DNA from: Myxococcota bacterium
GTDB taxonomy: Bacteria; Myxococcota_A; UBA796; CAJQPC01
NCBI GenBank assembly: GCA_036012755.1
Contig: DASCPX010000183.1
Span: 1 to 64,000, forward strand
DNA: 64,000 nt
Direction: 5' to 3'
Both the position numbers and the translations under genes were made by a program. Below the pieces are notes generated by a model that saw only the letters and a program-made list of their open reading frames with translations, made no database searches and was not told where the DNA came from. Positions 1 through 8,839 of this stretch are shown piece after piece (within the stretch, counting starts at the first letter, position 1; each line of letters begins with the position of its first letter).

Positions 1-117
1 GGAGGAGTCGGAGGAGTCGGAGGAGTCGGAGGAGTCGGAGGAGTCGGAGGAGTCGGAGGAGTCGGAGGAGTCGGAGGAGTCGGAGGAGTCGGAGGAGTCG
101 GAGGAGTCGGAGGAGTC
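1..117 (+). repeat. Perfect 9-bp tandem repeat (GGAGGAGTC)x13, encodes (Glu-Glu-Ser)n, truncated by window edge
   Basis: Read directly; frame 2 reads EES EES... and stays open into the 245..1300 ORF. Confidence 0.97.
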
Positions 118-1300
118 TCCCTTCGGTGGGCCCATCGACCCGGAGCTCGAGGCCACCCGCATCTCGACGCGCGCGGTCGTCGAGGAAGATCCTGACGACT
201 TCGACGAGGACCTGCAGTCGACCAGCATCCAGCAGGGTCCGCTGATGCCGCTGACTCCCCTGCCGGCTGACTACGCTGCGGAGGAGGCCGAGACCGTCCT
301 GGCTTCGGACGTGCAGCCAGCTCGGCCGTCGGAGCCGCAGCCCCCGGTCCTGGAGCCGGCGCCCATCCGCGCGCACCTGCCGAGCCTCGAGCCCAGCATG
401 GACGACTGGGACGACGTGCCGACACGGATCGAGTCGCTGGCGACGCTGCGGGCCCGGGCCGAGGAACCCTCGACGACCCAGCCCGCGCCGCTCTACACCT
501 CTCCTCCTCCCGGGGTGGACCTCGAGGCGGAGACGATGGTGAACCCCGAGGCGGGCGATCTGCCGCCGGTGGACGCACCTCCTCCTCCTCCGATGACGGC
601 CACGCCGCCTCCGGCATACGACGACCCGGACGCGACCGCGATCCTGTCCGGCAGCGGTGAGGACACCGCGATCCTCCCGGAGTCGCCTCCTCCCTACGCC
701 CCGGACCAGCCGCCTCCGCCCGCGGGCCCCGTTCCCCGGGTGCCGAGCGACGCCGAGCCGAAGAAGTCCAAGCTCCCGCTCATCGCGGGGGGCTGCGTCG
801 GCTTCATGCTCCTGTGCATGGGCTGCGGCGGGGGCGTGTTCTTCTTCCGAGGTCCGTTCGAGACCCAGCTCGCGGACGGCTTCGAGATCCCGGAGCTTCC
901 GGCCGACCTCGCCGAGGTGGACGTCGATCCGGTGCTGAGCGAGACCGGCGCGATCGTCGAGGCGGACATCCTCGAGGTCGCCATCCCCGAAGACCCGCAG
1001 GTGCCGGAGGTCGAGGTGCCAGAGGACCCCGTCGTAGTGGAGGTCGAGGACCCGGTCGCGCCCGATGGCCCCGTGATCTCCTTCCACACGGACCTCGACG
1101 GCATCAAGAAGCTCAAGGTCAGCTGCACCGGAGCCTCCGGCGAGGGGGTCGAGGTCGCTCATGTCGCGCTGGAGTCCGCCGAGAAGTGCCAGATCACTGC
1201 CTACATGAAGGACCGCAGCCGGCACAGCGCGGTCGTCACCGCCGTCGGATCGGGCGACTACCACTGCTTCGTGGACGGAGAGGCCACGTGTGAACCCTGA
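1..1300 (+). CDS. 5'-truncated membrane protein: acidic/Pro-rich linker, one TM helix, small Cys-containing C-terminal domain (possibly the tail of a Ser/Thr kinase-type protein)
   Basis: Frame 2 is open from base 2 to TGA 1298-1300; KKSKLPLIAGGCVGFMLLCMGCGGGVFFF TM segment; the kinase idea is only an inference from architecture. Confidence 0.75.
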   Translation, partial: EESEESEESEESEESEESEESEESEESEESEESEESEESPFGGPIDPELEATRISTRAVVEEDPDDFDEDLQSTSIQQGPLMPLTPLPADYAAEEAETVLASDVQPARPSEPQPPVLEPAPIRAHLPSLEPSMDDWDDVPTRIESLATLRARAEEPSTTQPAPLYTSPPPGVDLEAETMVNPEAGDLPPVDAPPPPPMTATPPPAYDDPDATAILSGSGEDTAILPESPPPYAPDQPPPPAGPVPRVPSDAEPKKSKLPLIAGGCVGFMLLCMGCGGGVFFFRGPFETQLADGFEIPELPADLAEVDVDPVLSETGAIVEADILEVAIPEDPQVPEVEVPEDPVVVEVEDPVAPDGPVISFHTDLDGIKKLKVSCTGASGEGVEVAHVALESAEKCQITAYMKDRSRHSAVVTAVGSGDYHCFVDGEATCEP

Positions 1301-2477
1301 GGTCGTCGTCACCGGCGTCGGCGTCGTGACGGGCTTCGGCCGCACTCCACGGGCTCTGGAAGACGGTCTTCGCAGTGGCGCCTCCGCCCTTCGGCCCCTT
1401 CGAGCCTTCGAGGCCAACGGGCTGCCGATCGAGCTCGCCGCAGAGGTCGATGGCGTCTCAGAGATTCCGGGCTTCCCGGACGACCGCAAGGCCGCGCTCG
1501 CTGTCGCCGCCGCTCTGGACGCCGCCGGTGGCGCCGATCTCAGCGGCGCCGGGGTGTGGCTGGGCACCGGGCTCTCCAGCGTCACCCCGCGAGAGCTCGC
1601 CGAGGACGCCTATCCCCACCTCGTCGACGGCCACCTCGACAGGGACGCCATCATCGCCGACGTCGATCCAGCCCGCGTCGCCCCCGGGCGACACCTGCCG
1701 GAGCGCGTGACGGCGGAGATCGCGGCTCGACTGGGCTGCGAGGGTCCGCAGCAGACCTCGTTCTCGGCCTGCGCGGCCGGAGCCCTCGCCATCGCCAACG
1801 GCGCCCGAGCCATTCGACGCGGCGAGGTCGAGCTGGCCGTCTGCGGGGGGCACGACGCCATGATCCACCCCCTCGGGGTGCTCTCCTTCATCGTCCTGGG
1901 GGCCCTGTCTCCTGACTGGTGTCGCCCCTTCGATCGACGCCGCGGAGGCTTCGCGATCGGCGAGGGGGCCGCCATCCTGGTGCTGGAGCGGGCGGACAGG
2001 GCGCGCGCTCGAGGCGCAGAGGTCCTCGCGGTCCTGCTCGGCGCGGGCTCCAGCGTCGACGCCCACAGCGTCACCGCACCCCACCCGGACGGGGCCGGGG
2101 CCACGCTCAGCATGCAGAGGGCACTGCGGGACGCGGGGCTCGACGAGGTCGACCACGTCAACGCCCACGGCACCGGGACGCCCCTCGGCGACGCGGTCGA
2201 GGCCAAGGCCATCGGCCGCGTGCTCGGCCCGAGCGTGCCCGTGAGCTCGGTCAAGGGTGCCCTCGGCCACTGCATCGCCGCGGCTGGAGCCGTCGAGGCC
2301 GCGGCTTGCGTCACGGCCCTTCGCGGTGGGTGGACCCCCGGGACGGCTGGCTGCCAGAGGCCAGAGGAGCTCGGTATCAACGTGCAGATCGACCCTGGCC
2401 CCGGGGTCGACACGATCCTGTCCAACAGCTTCGGCTTCGGCGGACAGAACTGCTCGCTGGTCTTTGGTCGCGCCTGA
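1290..2477 (+). CDS. fabF: Beta-ketoacyl-ACP synthase II / type II ketosynthase
   Basis: VVVTGVG start, SACAAG catalytic Cys, HGTGT and KGALGH histidines, SNSFGFGGQN C-terminus. Confidence 0.9.
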   Translation: MNPEVVVTGVGVVTGFGRTPRALEDGLRSGASALRPLRAFEANGLPIELAAEVDGVSEIPGFPDDRKAALAVAAALDAAGGADLSGAGVWLGTGLSSVTPRELAEDAYPHLVDGHLDRDAIIADVDPARVAPGRHLPERVTAEIAARLGCEGPQQTSFSACAAGALAIANGARAIRRGEVELAVCGGHDAMIHPLGVLSFIVLGALSPDWCRPFDRRRGGFAIGEGAAILVLERADRARARGAEVLAVLLGAGSSVDAHSVTAPHPDGAGATLSMQRALRDAGLDEVDHVNAHGTGTPLGDAVEAKAIGRVLGPSVPVSSVKGALGHCIAAAGAVEAAACVTALRGGWTPGTAGCQRPEELGINVQIDPGPGVDTILSNSFGFGGQNCSLVFGRA

Positions 2478-3283
2478 TGGGAAGGGCCGTCTACGTCTCG
2501 GGCATCGGGCTGCTCTGCGGCGCCGGCATCGGCGTCGACGGCGCCACCGGCGGGCGGCGCTCGGAGGTCCCCGGCTTCCGCGCGCGGGCCTACGTCGAGA
2601 ACCGCAAGAACCTGAAGCTGATGTCCCGCAGCGTCAAGCTGGGTGTGGCGGCGATCCGACTGGCGCTGTCGGGCTCCTCGGGCTGGGACCAGACGCCTCC
2701 GACCCGCCGCGGCATGTTCGTGGGGAGCACTCCGCTCGGCGGGGAGATGCAGGACCTCGTTCCGGCGCTCGAGGTGGCCACCGACGAGGACGGGAACCTG
2801 GACATCGGGGTCTTCGCGGCGAAGGGCTACGATCTCATCCACCCTCTCTGGCTGGTGAAGGGGCTCTCCAACAACGTGCTCGGCTTTGCCTCGGCCGACT
2901 ACGACTTCCAGGGCGTCAACGCCAACTACTGTGACGGCGACCCCAGCGGGCTGCATGCCTTCTGCGAGGGCTTCCACGCCGTCGCGGAGGGCCGGGCCGA
3001 CTTCGTGGTCGCAGGCGCCAGCGACGCCTGGCTCGGCTTCGACCCGCTGTTGGGGGGCCGCCGCTGCGGGGAGGGCGCCGCCTTCTTCGCGCTTCGCGCC
3101 GAGGGTGGGGCCTGGCGGGTCGAGGACGGGGAGGGGTCCGGGCTTCCCGACGAAGAGGCCACCCTTGGGTACCTCGGCGCTTCGACCCTGCCGGTGGCGT
3201 TGGCGCGGGCGCTGCTTCGGGGCGAAGAACCTGGTCTCGTCGGCCCCTCGGGGCGTCGACTCAGGTTCGTCAAGACCTCTTGA
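2477..3283 (+). CDS. Truncated non-catalytic ketosynthase homologue (chain-length-factor-like)
   Basis: ATG overlaps the fabF stop (TGATG); KS N-terminal-like YVSGIG, LKLMSRSVKLGV, HPLWLVKGLSNN; the catalytic Cys position reads DGDPSG; no His motifs. Confidence 0.75.
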   Translation: MGRAVYVSGIGLLCGAGIGVDGATGGRRSEVPGFRARAYVENRKNLKLMSRSVKLGVAAIRLALSGSSGWDQTPPTRRGMFVGSTPLGGEMQDLVPALEVATDEDGNLDIGVFAAKGYDLIHPLWLVKGLSNNVLGFASADYDFQGVNANYCDGDPSGLHAFCEGFHAVAEGRADFVVAGASDAWLGFDPLLGGRRCGEGAAFFALRAEGGAWRVEDGEGSGLPDEEATLGYLGASTLPVALARALLRGEEPGLVGPSGRRLRFVKTS

Positions 3284-3355
3284 CTTGCGGGTGGAGTTGC
3301 CTCGGCGGTACCCTCCCTGCGCTCCGAGAAAGGGCACCCTCGGCGCGGACATTTG

Positions 3356-3802
3356 ATGACGGTGAATCCGAACCTGACCGCAATCGTGATCGCAGAGACC
3401 GTCGACCACGCCATCTTTTCGAAGGTGCAGGACGCCATCGCCGAGGCTCTGGGCCTCGATGACGACGAGGTCGAGCTCGACGCCAAGCTGATCGATGACC
3501 TCGGAGCCGAGTCCCTCGACTTCCTGGACATCGTGTTCCGACTGGAGCGTGCCTTCGACATCAAGATCCCCCGCGGCGGCGTAGAGAGTCAGGCCCGCGC
3601 GGGCCTCGAGACGGACGTCGTCTACGAAATCGACGGTGTGCTGACCGAGGCCGGGCTGGCCAAGCTGGCCGAGGCGATGCCGGAGGTTCCCCCAGAGGAC
3701 TTCCGCTCCGGCCTCAAGGTCTCCGAGATCGCCACGCTCTTCCGCGTCGCGACCTTCTACCGCATCTGCAAGACCCTCCTGCGGGAGAAGGCGGCGGGCT
3801 GA
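3356..3802 (+). CDS. Acyl carrier protein with long internal insertion
   Basis: DDLGAESLDFLDIVFRLERAFDIKIP phosphopantetheine Ser motif, then about 45 extra residues before the final helix; start could also be 3353 or 3387. Confidence 0.88.
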   Translation: MTVNPNLTAIVIAETVDHAIFSKVQDAIAEALGLDDDEVELDAKLIDDLGAESLDFLDIVFRLERAFDIKIPRGGVESQARAGLETDVVYEIDGVLTEAGLAKLAEAMPEVPPEDFRSGLKVSEIATLFRVATFYRICKTLLREKAAG

Positions 3803-4740
3803 CCCGCTTCGGCTTCCTCGTCCACCCGCTCACCCCCTTCCAGATGTGGGTGGTCGGCGTGCGAGGGGCCTTCGCCGGAGTGCCCGGGGAGCTCTGCCGT
3901 TTCTCCGTCCCCGGCGCCGAGGGTGTCGTGATCAGCATCCCGCGCATGCCCGCGTTCCTGCTGGAGAACCAGGACGAGGCCCAGCGCATGATGGCCGAGG
4001 CCGTGGCCGGGCTGGAGGTAGACGCAGTCGGCCTGGGCTCGCTGCTGGCGGTCGTCGCCGGGCGAGGTGAGTCCCTGGCGGCAGAGGTCGATGTGCCCGT
4101 GACGATCGGCGCCGCCGCGACCTCCTGGGCGGCCATCGAGAACACCCTGGCGGTGTGCGCTGGGCTGGGGGTCGAAGAGGTCGCCGTGCTCGGGTTCTCC
4201 AGCGCGGTGGGCCACGCGGTCGCGGTGAGCCTCAAGGACGCTGGCCTGTCCGTGGTCGCCGGAGGGCGCGGAGCGGCCCTGGTTCGGAGGGCAGAGGCGC
4301 TGGGCCTGCCGTGTGTGGACGACGCCGTGGCGGTCGCCGGCAAGCGCGTCGTGGTCGGCGCGGCGACGACGGGCGGGACCCTCGACGGCATGGCCCTGGA
4401 GCCGAACACGGTGCTGCTCGACGTCGCCCTTCCACCGACGCTCAGGCCCGGGCCGCGGGCTGCTGGGGTGCGGGTCCTCGCGGCAGAGGCCGTCGAGCTC
4501 CCGGAGGGCTGGGCCAAGGGCTTCTGGGGCGCCATCTACCACGTGGTCAGCGGCTATGGCCCATCGCAGGTCTACGCATGCCTGCTGGAGCCGATGGTCC
4601 TTGCAATGAGCGGCCGGACGCGGCCCTACTCCCTCGGCCGCCGGGTCGCGCCAGAGGACCTCGTGGACTTCGCGGACAATGCGAGACAGCTCGGTCTCGA
4701 GCCCCGCCTCGCGGAGGGATGGCGGTTAGCTAGGGTCTGA
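3799..4740 (+). CDS. Acyl-ACP reductase-like / COG5322 NAD(P)-dependent dehydrogenase
   Basis: FGFLVHP N-terminal motif, VGLGSL, VTIG, VLGFSSAVG Rossmann-like, YACLLEPMVLAMSG; proposed CTG start at 3799 (first ATG is 3844). Confidence 0.7.
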   Translation: MTRFGFLVHPLTPFQMWVVGVRGAFAGVPGELCRFSVPGAEGVVISIPRMPAFLLENQDEAQRMMAEAVAGLEVDAVGLGSLLAVVAGRGESLAAEVDVPVTIGAAATSWAAIENTLAVCAGLGVEEVAVLGFSSAVGHAVAVSLKDAGLSVVAGGRGAALVRRAEALGLPCVDDAVAVAGKRVVVGAATTGGTLDGMALEPNTVLLDVALPPTLRPGPRAAGVRVLAAEAVELPEGWAKGFWGAIYHVVSGYGPSQVYACLLEPMVLAMSGRTRPYSLGRRVAPEDLVDFADNARQLGLEPRLAEGWRLARV

Positions 4741-5636
4741 TGTTCGTGTGTCCCTCGTCCCGTGGCTCGCTCGAGGAGTGGTACAGCAACGACGCGGACA
4801 CCCTCTACCCGCTGGTCGACGGCATCCCAGTCCTCGTGCCTCGCCCCTACGACTTCCTCCGTCGGCACGGACCCTGGGATCCCGCCGGCGGCGTCGCGGG
4901 CCAGCGACAGGAGCTGCTCGGCGTCGAGTCTCCGGACGCTGTCACCCCTTTCCTGGCCCCCGCCGGGCTCCAGGCCAGCGGCTCCTTCGGCGACTGGCTG
5001 CTCGACCTCGGCGAGGACGGACCCGACGCCTGGCTCGCCTCGGCCGCGATCGAGCACGCGCCGGTGGGACCTTGCGTCGACGTCGGCTGTGGCCTCGGGC
5101 CGATGGCCCGCCTGATGCATGGGCTGTCTCGCCATGTCGTCTGCCTCGATCGCTCCCCGGACACGATGCTGCTCTGCCGCGAGCTGCTCACGGGTCGCCT
5201 GAAGGAGGCGCTGGTCCCCACCCATCGTCGCGGCTGCGGCATGGTCCAGAGCGCGGCTGGCTCAGAAGCGACGGGCTTCGACTTCGCCATCGCCGAGGCC
5301 CAGCACCCACCGCTCCGAAAGGACTCCTTTGCCTGGGTGCATCTGGGCTTCCTCATCGACGGCCTGGAGGCGGATGACATCGTGAGCGCGCTGGTGGCCA
5401 GCGTCGAGCTCCTCGGACGAGGCGGCATCCTGACGCTGTCGACCGCCTACGACAGCCCACCGGGCACCCCACACCTGCCCGACGAGGCGCTTCCCGGACC
5501 GGAGATGATCGACGTCGTAGGTGAGCTGGGGCTCTCTGTGGTCGACGAGCGCGACAAGGTCCCGCACATCACGCGCCACTACGACCGCTTGTTCACGGTG
5601 CGTCTCGCGCACTGCCTGGTGCTGCGTCGCGCTTGA
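4740..5636 (+). CDS. Class I SAM-dependent methyltransferase-like protein with Trm112-like N-terminus
   Basis: MFVCP...YPLVDGIPVL Trm112-like; VDVGCGLG motif I; TGATG coupling to upstream gene. Confidence 0.72.
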   Translation: MFVCPSSRGSLEEWYSNDADTLYPLVDGIPVLVPRPYDFLRRHGPWDPAGGVAGQRQELLGVESPDAVTPFLAPAGLQASGSFGDWLLDLGEDGPDAWLASAAIEHAPVGPCVDVGCGLGPMARLMHGLSRHVVCLDRSPDTMLLCRELLTGRLKEALVPTHRRGCGMVQSAAGSEATGFDFAIAEAQHPPLRKDSFAWVHLGFLIDGLEADDIVSALVASVELLGRGGILTLSTAYDSPPGTPHLPDEALPGPEMIDVVGELGLSVVDERDKVPHITRHYDRLFTVRLAHCLVLRRA

Positions 5637-5667
5637 CTGGGGCGGCTTTTGGCCCTATCTGCGCGCA

Positions 5668-6975
5668 ATGAAGCGGGTCTACGTCAAGACCTTTGGCTGT
5701 CAGATGAACGAGTACGACAGCGCCAGGATCAAGGCGCTGCTCGGCGAGGACGGCTTCGTCACGGTCGAGGATCCGGCCGAGGCCGACCTGATCCTCGTGA
5801 ACACCTGCTCGGTCCGAGAGAAGCCCGAGCACAAGCTGAGGAGCTTCATCGGCGAGGTCCGCCACCACCGCGCCCGGGGTGCTCGCATCGGCATCGCCGG
5901 CTGCATGGCGCAGCACGCCGGCGAGCAGCTCTTCAAGCGCTACAAGGACGACGTCGACCTCGTCTTCGGCCCCGATCACGTGCCGCGGGTCAAGGAGCTC
6001 GTGCGTCGGACCGGAGAGCACCGTGTCCTCGAGAACAGCTTCCTCGACCAGGACGAGTTCGCCTTCGTGCGGGCGACCTCTGGAGAGGGAAAGGTCGGCG
6101 CCTTCGTCACGATCCAGAAGGGCTGCGACAACAAGTGCACCTTCTGCATCGTGCCGATGACCCGGGGTCCCGAGCTGTCGCGGCCCAGCGGCGAGATCAT
6201 CGACGAGGTCCGCGCCCTCGCCGACGAGGGCGTCATCGAGTTCACGCTCATCGGTCAGAACGTGAACTCCTACGGGCTGAAGGTCCCAGGCGAGCTGCGC
6301 TTCGCCGAGTTGCTCCACGCCGTCGCCGAGGTCGAGGGCGTCGAGCGAATCCGCTACACCACCTCACACCCGCGAGACATGGGCCCGGACGTCGTGCGGG
6401 CCTACGCGGAGCTCCCGAAGCTGACCTCGCACCTGCACCTCCCGGTCCAGTCGGGCAGCGACCACGTCTTGCGGCGCATGAAGCGCTTCTACACGCGCGA
6501 GCGCTACCTGGAGGTGGTCTCCGAGCTGCGCGCTGCGCGTCCTGACATGTGCCTCACGACGGACATCATCGTCGGCTTTCCCGGCGAGACCGACGCCGAC
6601 TTCGACGACACGATGACGCTGCTGGAAGAGGTCGGCTTCGAGGGCTCCTTCAGCTTCAAGTACAGCCCTCGCCCGGGGACCTCCGCGCTCCGGCTGAGCG
6701 AGCCGCCTGTGGCCCCCGAGCTCGCCCAGGAGCGGCTCATGATCTTCCAGAAGCGCCAGCAGGAGATCCTGCTGGCCTCGAACAAGCGGCTCGTGGGCAG
6801 CACCGTCGAGGTGCTCGTCGAGGGACCGTCGAAGTGGGACGAGCGCGTCATGTGCGGTCGAACGGGCACCTTCAAGATGGTCAACTTCCCAGGATCCACC
6901 GAGCTGATCGGGCAGATCGTGACCGTCGACATCCTGCGCGGCCTCACGAACTCGCTGCGAGGCGAGCTCAGCTGA
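5668..6975 (+). CDS. miaB: tRNA-2-methylthio-N6-dimethylallyladenosine synthase MiaB
   Basis: KTFGCQMNEYDS, NTCSVREK, CxxxCxxC (GCDNKCTFC), TTSHPRD, TRAM domain. Confidence 0.95.
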   Translation: MKRVYVKTFGCQMNEYDSARIKALLGEDGFVTVEDPAEADLILVNTCSVREKPEHKLRSFIGEVRHHRARGARIGIAGCMAQHAGEQLFKRYKDDVDLVFGPDHVPRVKELVRRTGEHRVLENSFLDQDEFAFVRATSGEGKVGAFVTIQKGCDNKCTFCIVPMTRGPELSRPSGEIIDEVRALADEGVIEFTLIGQNVNSYGLKVPGELRFAELLHAVAEVEGVERIRYTTSHPRDMGPDVVRAYAELPKLTSHLHLPVQSGSDHVLRRMKRFYTRERYLEVVSELRAARPDMCLTTDIIVGFPGETDADFDDTMTLLEEVGFEGSFSFKYSPRPGTSALRLSEPPVAPELAQERLMIFQKRQQEILLASNKRLVGSTVEVLVEGPSKWDERVMCGRTGTFKMVNFPGSTELIGQIVTVDILRGLTNSLRGELS

Positions 6976-6976
6976 G

Positions 6977-8839
6977 ATGCTGCGTGCGGAGGCGTTGACG
7001 CTGTCGGCTGGGGGGAGGGAGCTCCTCGTCGACTGCAGCCTCCACCTCCGGCCCACAGAGCGGGTCGGGCTCGTCGGCCGCAACGGCACGGGCAAGACCA
7101 CCCTGCTGCGCGCGCTGGCCGGCGAACACGAGGCGGACTCCGGCAGGACCCATGTCCGGGGACGGCTCGGCTACCTGCCCCAGCATCCCCTCGTCGACTC
7201 AGAGGACAGCGTCTGGAACGAGGTCCGCAGCGGCATGGTCGAGGTCCTTCGGCTCGGGGCTGAGCTGGACGCGGCGAGCGAGGCCCTCGACGGGAGCGAG
7301 GAGAGCATCGCCCGCCACGCGGCGCTGGCAGAGGCCTTCGAGGCCGCCGGGGGCTACACGCTCGAGCTGCGTGTCGGCACGGTCTTGTGGGGCCTGGGCT
7401 TCCCGAAGGAGGCCTGGCATCGGCCCGTGCCCGAGCTCAGCGGTGGCTGGCGGGTCCGCGTGGCCCTCGCGCGGCTGCTCGTCGAGGCCCCAGAGGTGCT
7501 GCTCCTCGACGAGCCCACGAACCACCTCGATCTGCACGCCCGCGCCTGGCTCGCCCGCCACCTCGCGGAGCACGCCGGGGCGCTGATCCTGGTGAGTCAC
7601 GACCGCTACGTGCTCGACCACTGCGTGAGCGGCATCGTGGAGCTTCGAGCCGGTGGCCTGGACCGCTACCCGGGCAGCTTCTCGAGCTTCCTCGTAGAGC
7701 GCGAGGCCAGGGCGGAGCGACGCCGGGTGGTGCTCGAAAGGCAAGAGGAGGAGGCAGCGAAGCTCGGACGCTTCGTCGAGCGCTTTCGCTACAAGGCCAA
7801 CAAGGCCAGGCAAGCGCAGTCACGGCTCAAGCGGCTGGAGAAGCTCACCGCCTCGATGGAGGACGTGCAGGCGGACGAGGCTCCTCCCAAGCTGGCCTTC
7901 TCGGCTCGCCAGAGCAGGAGCTTCGAGGTCCTTGGCCTCCGCGAGGCGGCCGGAGGCTATGGCTCGCCGCTGTTCTCTGGCCTCGACTTCGACCTGCACA
8001 GGGGCGAGCGCTGGGTCTTCCTCGGCGCCAACGGCAGCGGAAAGTCGACCCTCCTGAAGCTCTTGTCGGGAAGCCTGAGACCCCTCGCTGGCAACCGGGT
8101 CCTTGGGCGCGGGGTGCGGGTAGGGGTCTTCGAGCAGGACCAGGCCCGGGCGCTGCCCACCGAGCTGCGGGCCGTGGACTTCGTGCTGCACGCGGCGCCG
8201 CTGTGCACCGAGCTCAGAGCGAGGTCAGCGCTGGGAGCGCTCGGGCTCAGCGGCGAGGCCGCGCTCCAGCTGATCGGCACGCTGTCCGGGGGAGAGAAGG
8301 CCCGAGTGGCGCTGGCGGCGCTCTCCGTCCAGCAGTGGGACGTGCTGTTGCTCGACGAGCCCAGCAATCACCTCGACGTGGTCACGGTGGGGGTGCTCTG
8401 CGATGCCCTCCGAGGCTTCGCTGGCGCGGTGGTGCTGGTCAGCCACGACCGCTTCCTGGTCGAGCAGCTCGCGACGCACGTGCTGCGCTTCGACGGGCAG
8501 GGCATCAGCACGCGCGAGGGGCTCCTGCCGGAGCATCTCGAGCCTCCGGTCTCCGCGTCATTGCTCGGCTCGGGCGACAAGTGCGAAGAGCGGGCTGTCG
8601 ACTACGCGGAGCAGAAGCGACTGCAGCGGGAGGCGGACCGCGCTGCTCGGCGCCTGGTCGAGGTCGAGGACATCGTGGAGGGGCTGGAGGGGCGGCTCGC
8701 GGAGCTCGACGAGGGACTCGGTGCCGCGGCGGATGACCCGGAGGAGGTGAGCCGGATCCTCGTAGATCGGGCGCGGGTGGCCACAGAGCTGGAAGCGGCG
8801 ATGGCCGAGTGGGAGGCGCTCGCTCAGCAGGCGCCCTGA
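6977..8839 (+). CDS. ABC-F family ATP-binding protein
   Basis: Two NBDs (GRNGTGKT/LSGGW/LLDEPTNHLD; GANGSGKS/LSGGEK/LLDEPSNHLD), no TM, C-terminal coiled coil. Confidence 0.92.
   Translation: MLRAEALTLSAGGRELLVDCSLHLRPTERVGLVGRNGTGKTTLLRALAGEHEADSGRTHVRGRLGYLPQHPLVDSEDSVWNEVRSGMVEVLRLGAELDAASEALDGSEESIARHAALAEAFEAAGGYTLELRVGTVLWGLGFPKEAWHRPVPELSGGWRVRVALARLLVEAPEVLLLDEPTNHLDLHARAWLARHLAEHAGALILVSHDRYVLDHCVSGIVELRAGGLDRYPGSFSSFLVEREARAERRRVVLERQEEEAAKLGRFVERFRYKANKARQAQSRLKRLEKLTASMEDVQADEAPPKLAFSARQSRSFEVLGLREAAGGYGSPLFSGLDFDLHRGERWVFLGANGSGKSTLLKLLSGSLRPLAGNRVLGRGVRVGVFEQDQARALPTELRAVDFVLHAAPLCTELRARSALGALGLSGEAALQLIGTLSGGEKARVALAALSVQQWDVLLLDEPSNHLDVVTVGVLCDALRGFAGAVVLVSHDRFLVEQLATHVLRFDGQGISTREGLLPEHLEPPVSASLLGSGDKCEERAVDYAEQKRLQREADRAARRLVEVEDIVEGLEGRLAELDEGLGAAADDPEEVSRILVDRARVATELEAAMAEWEALAQQAP

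Noticed and set aside
1..117. CRISPR array
   Set aside because: Head-to-tail 9-mers with no spacers and no cas genes
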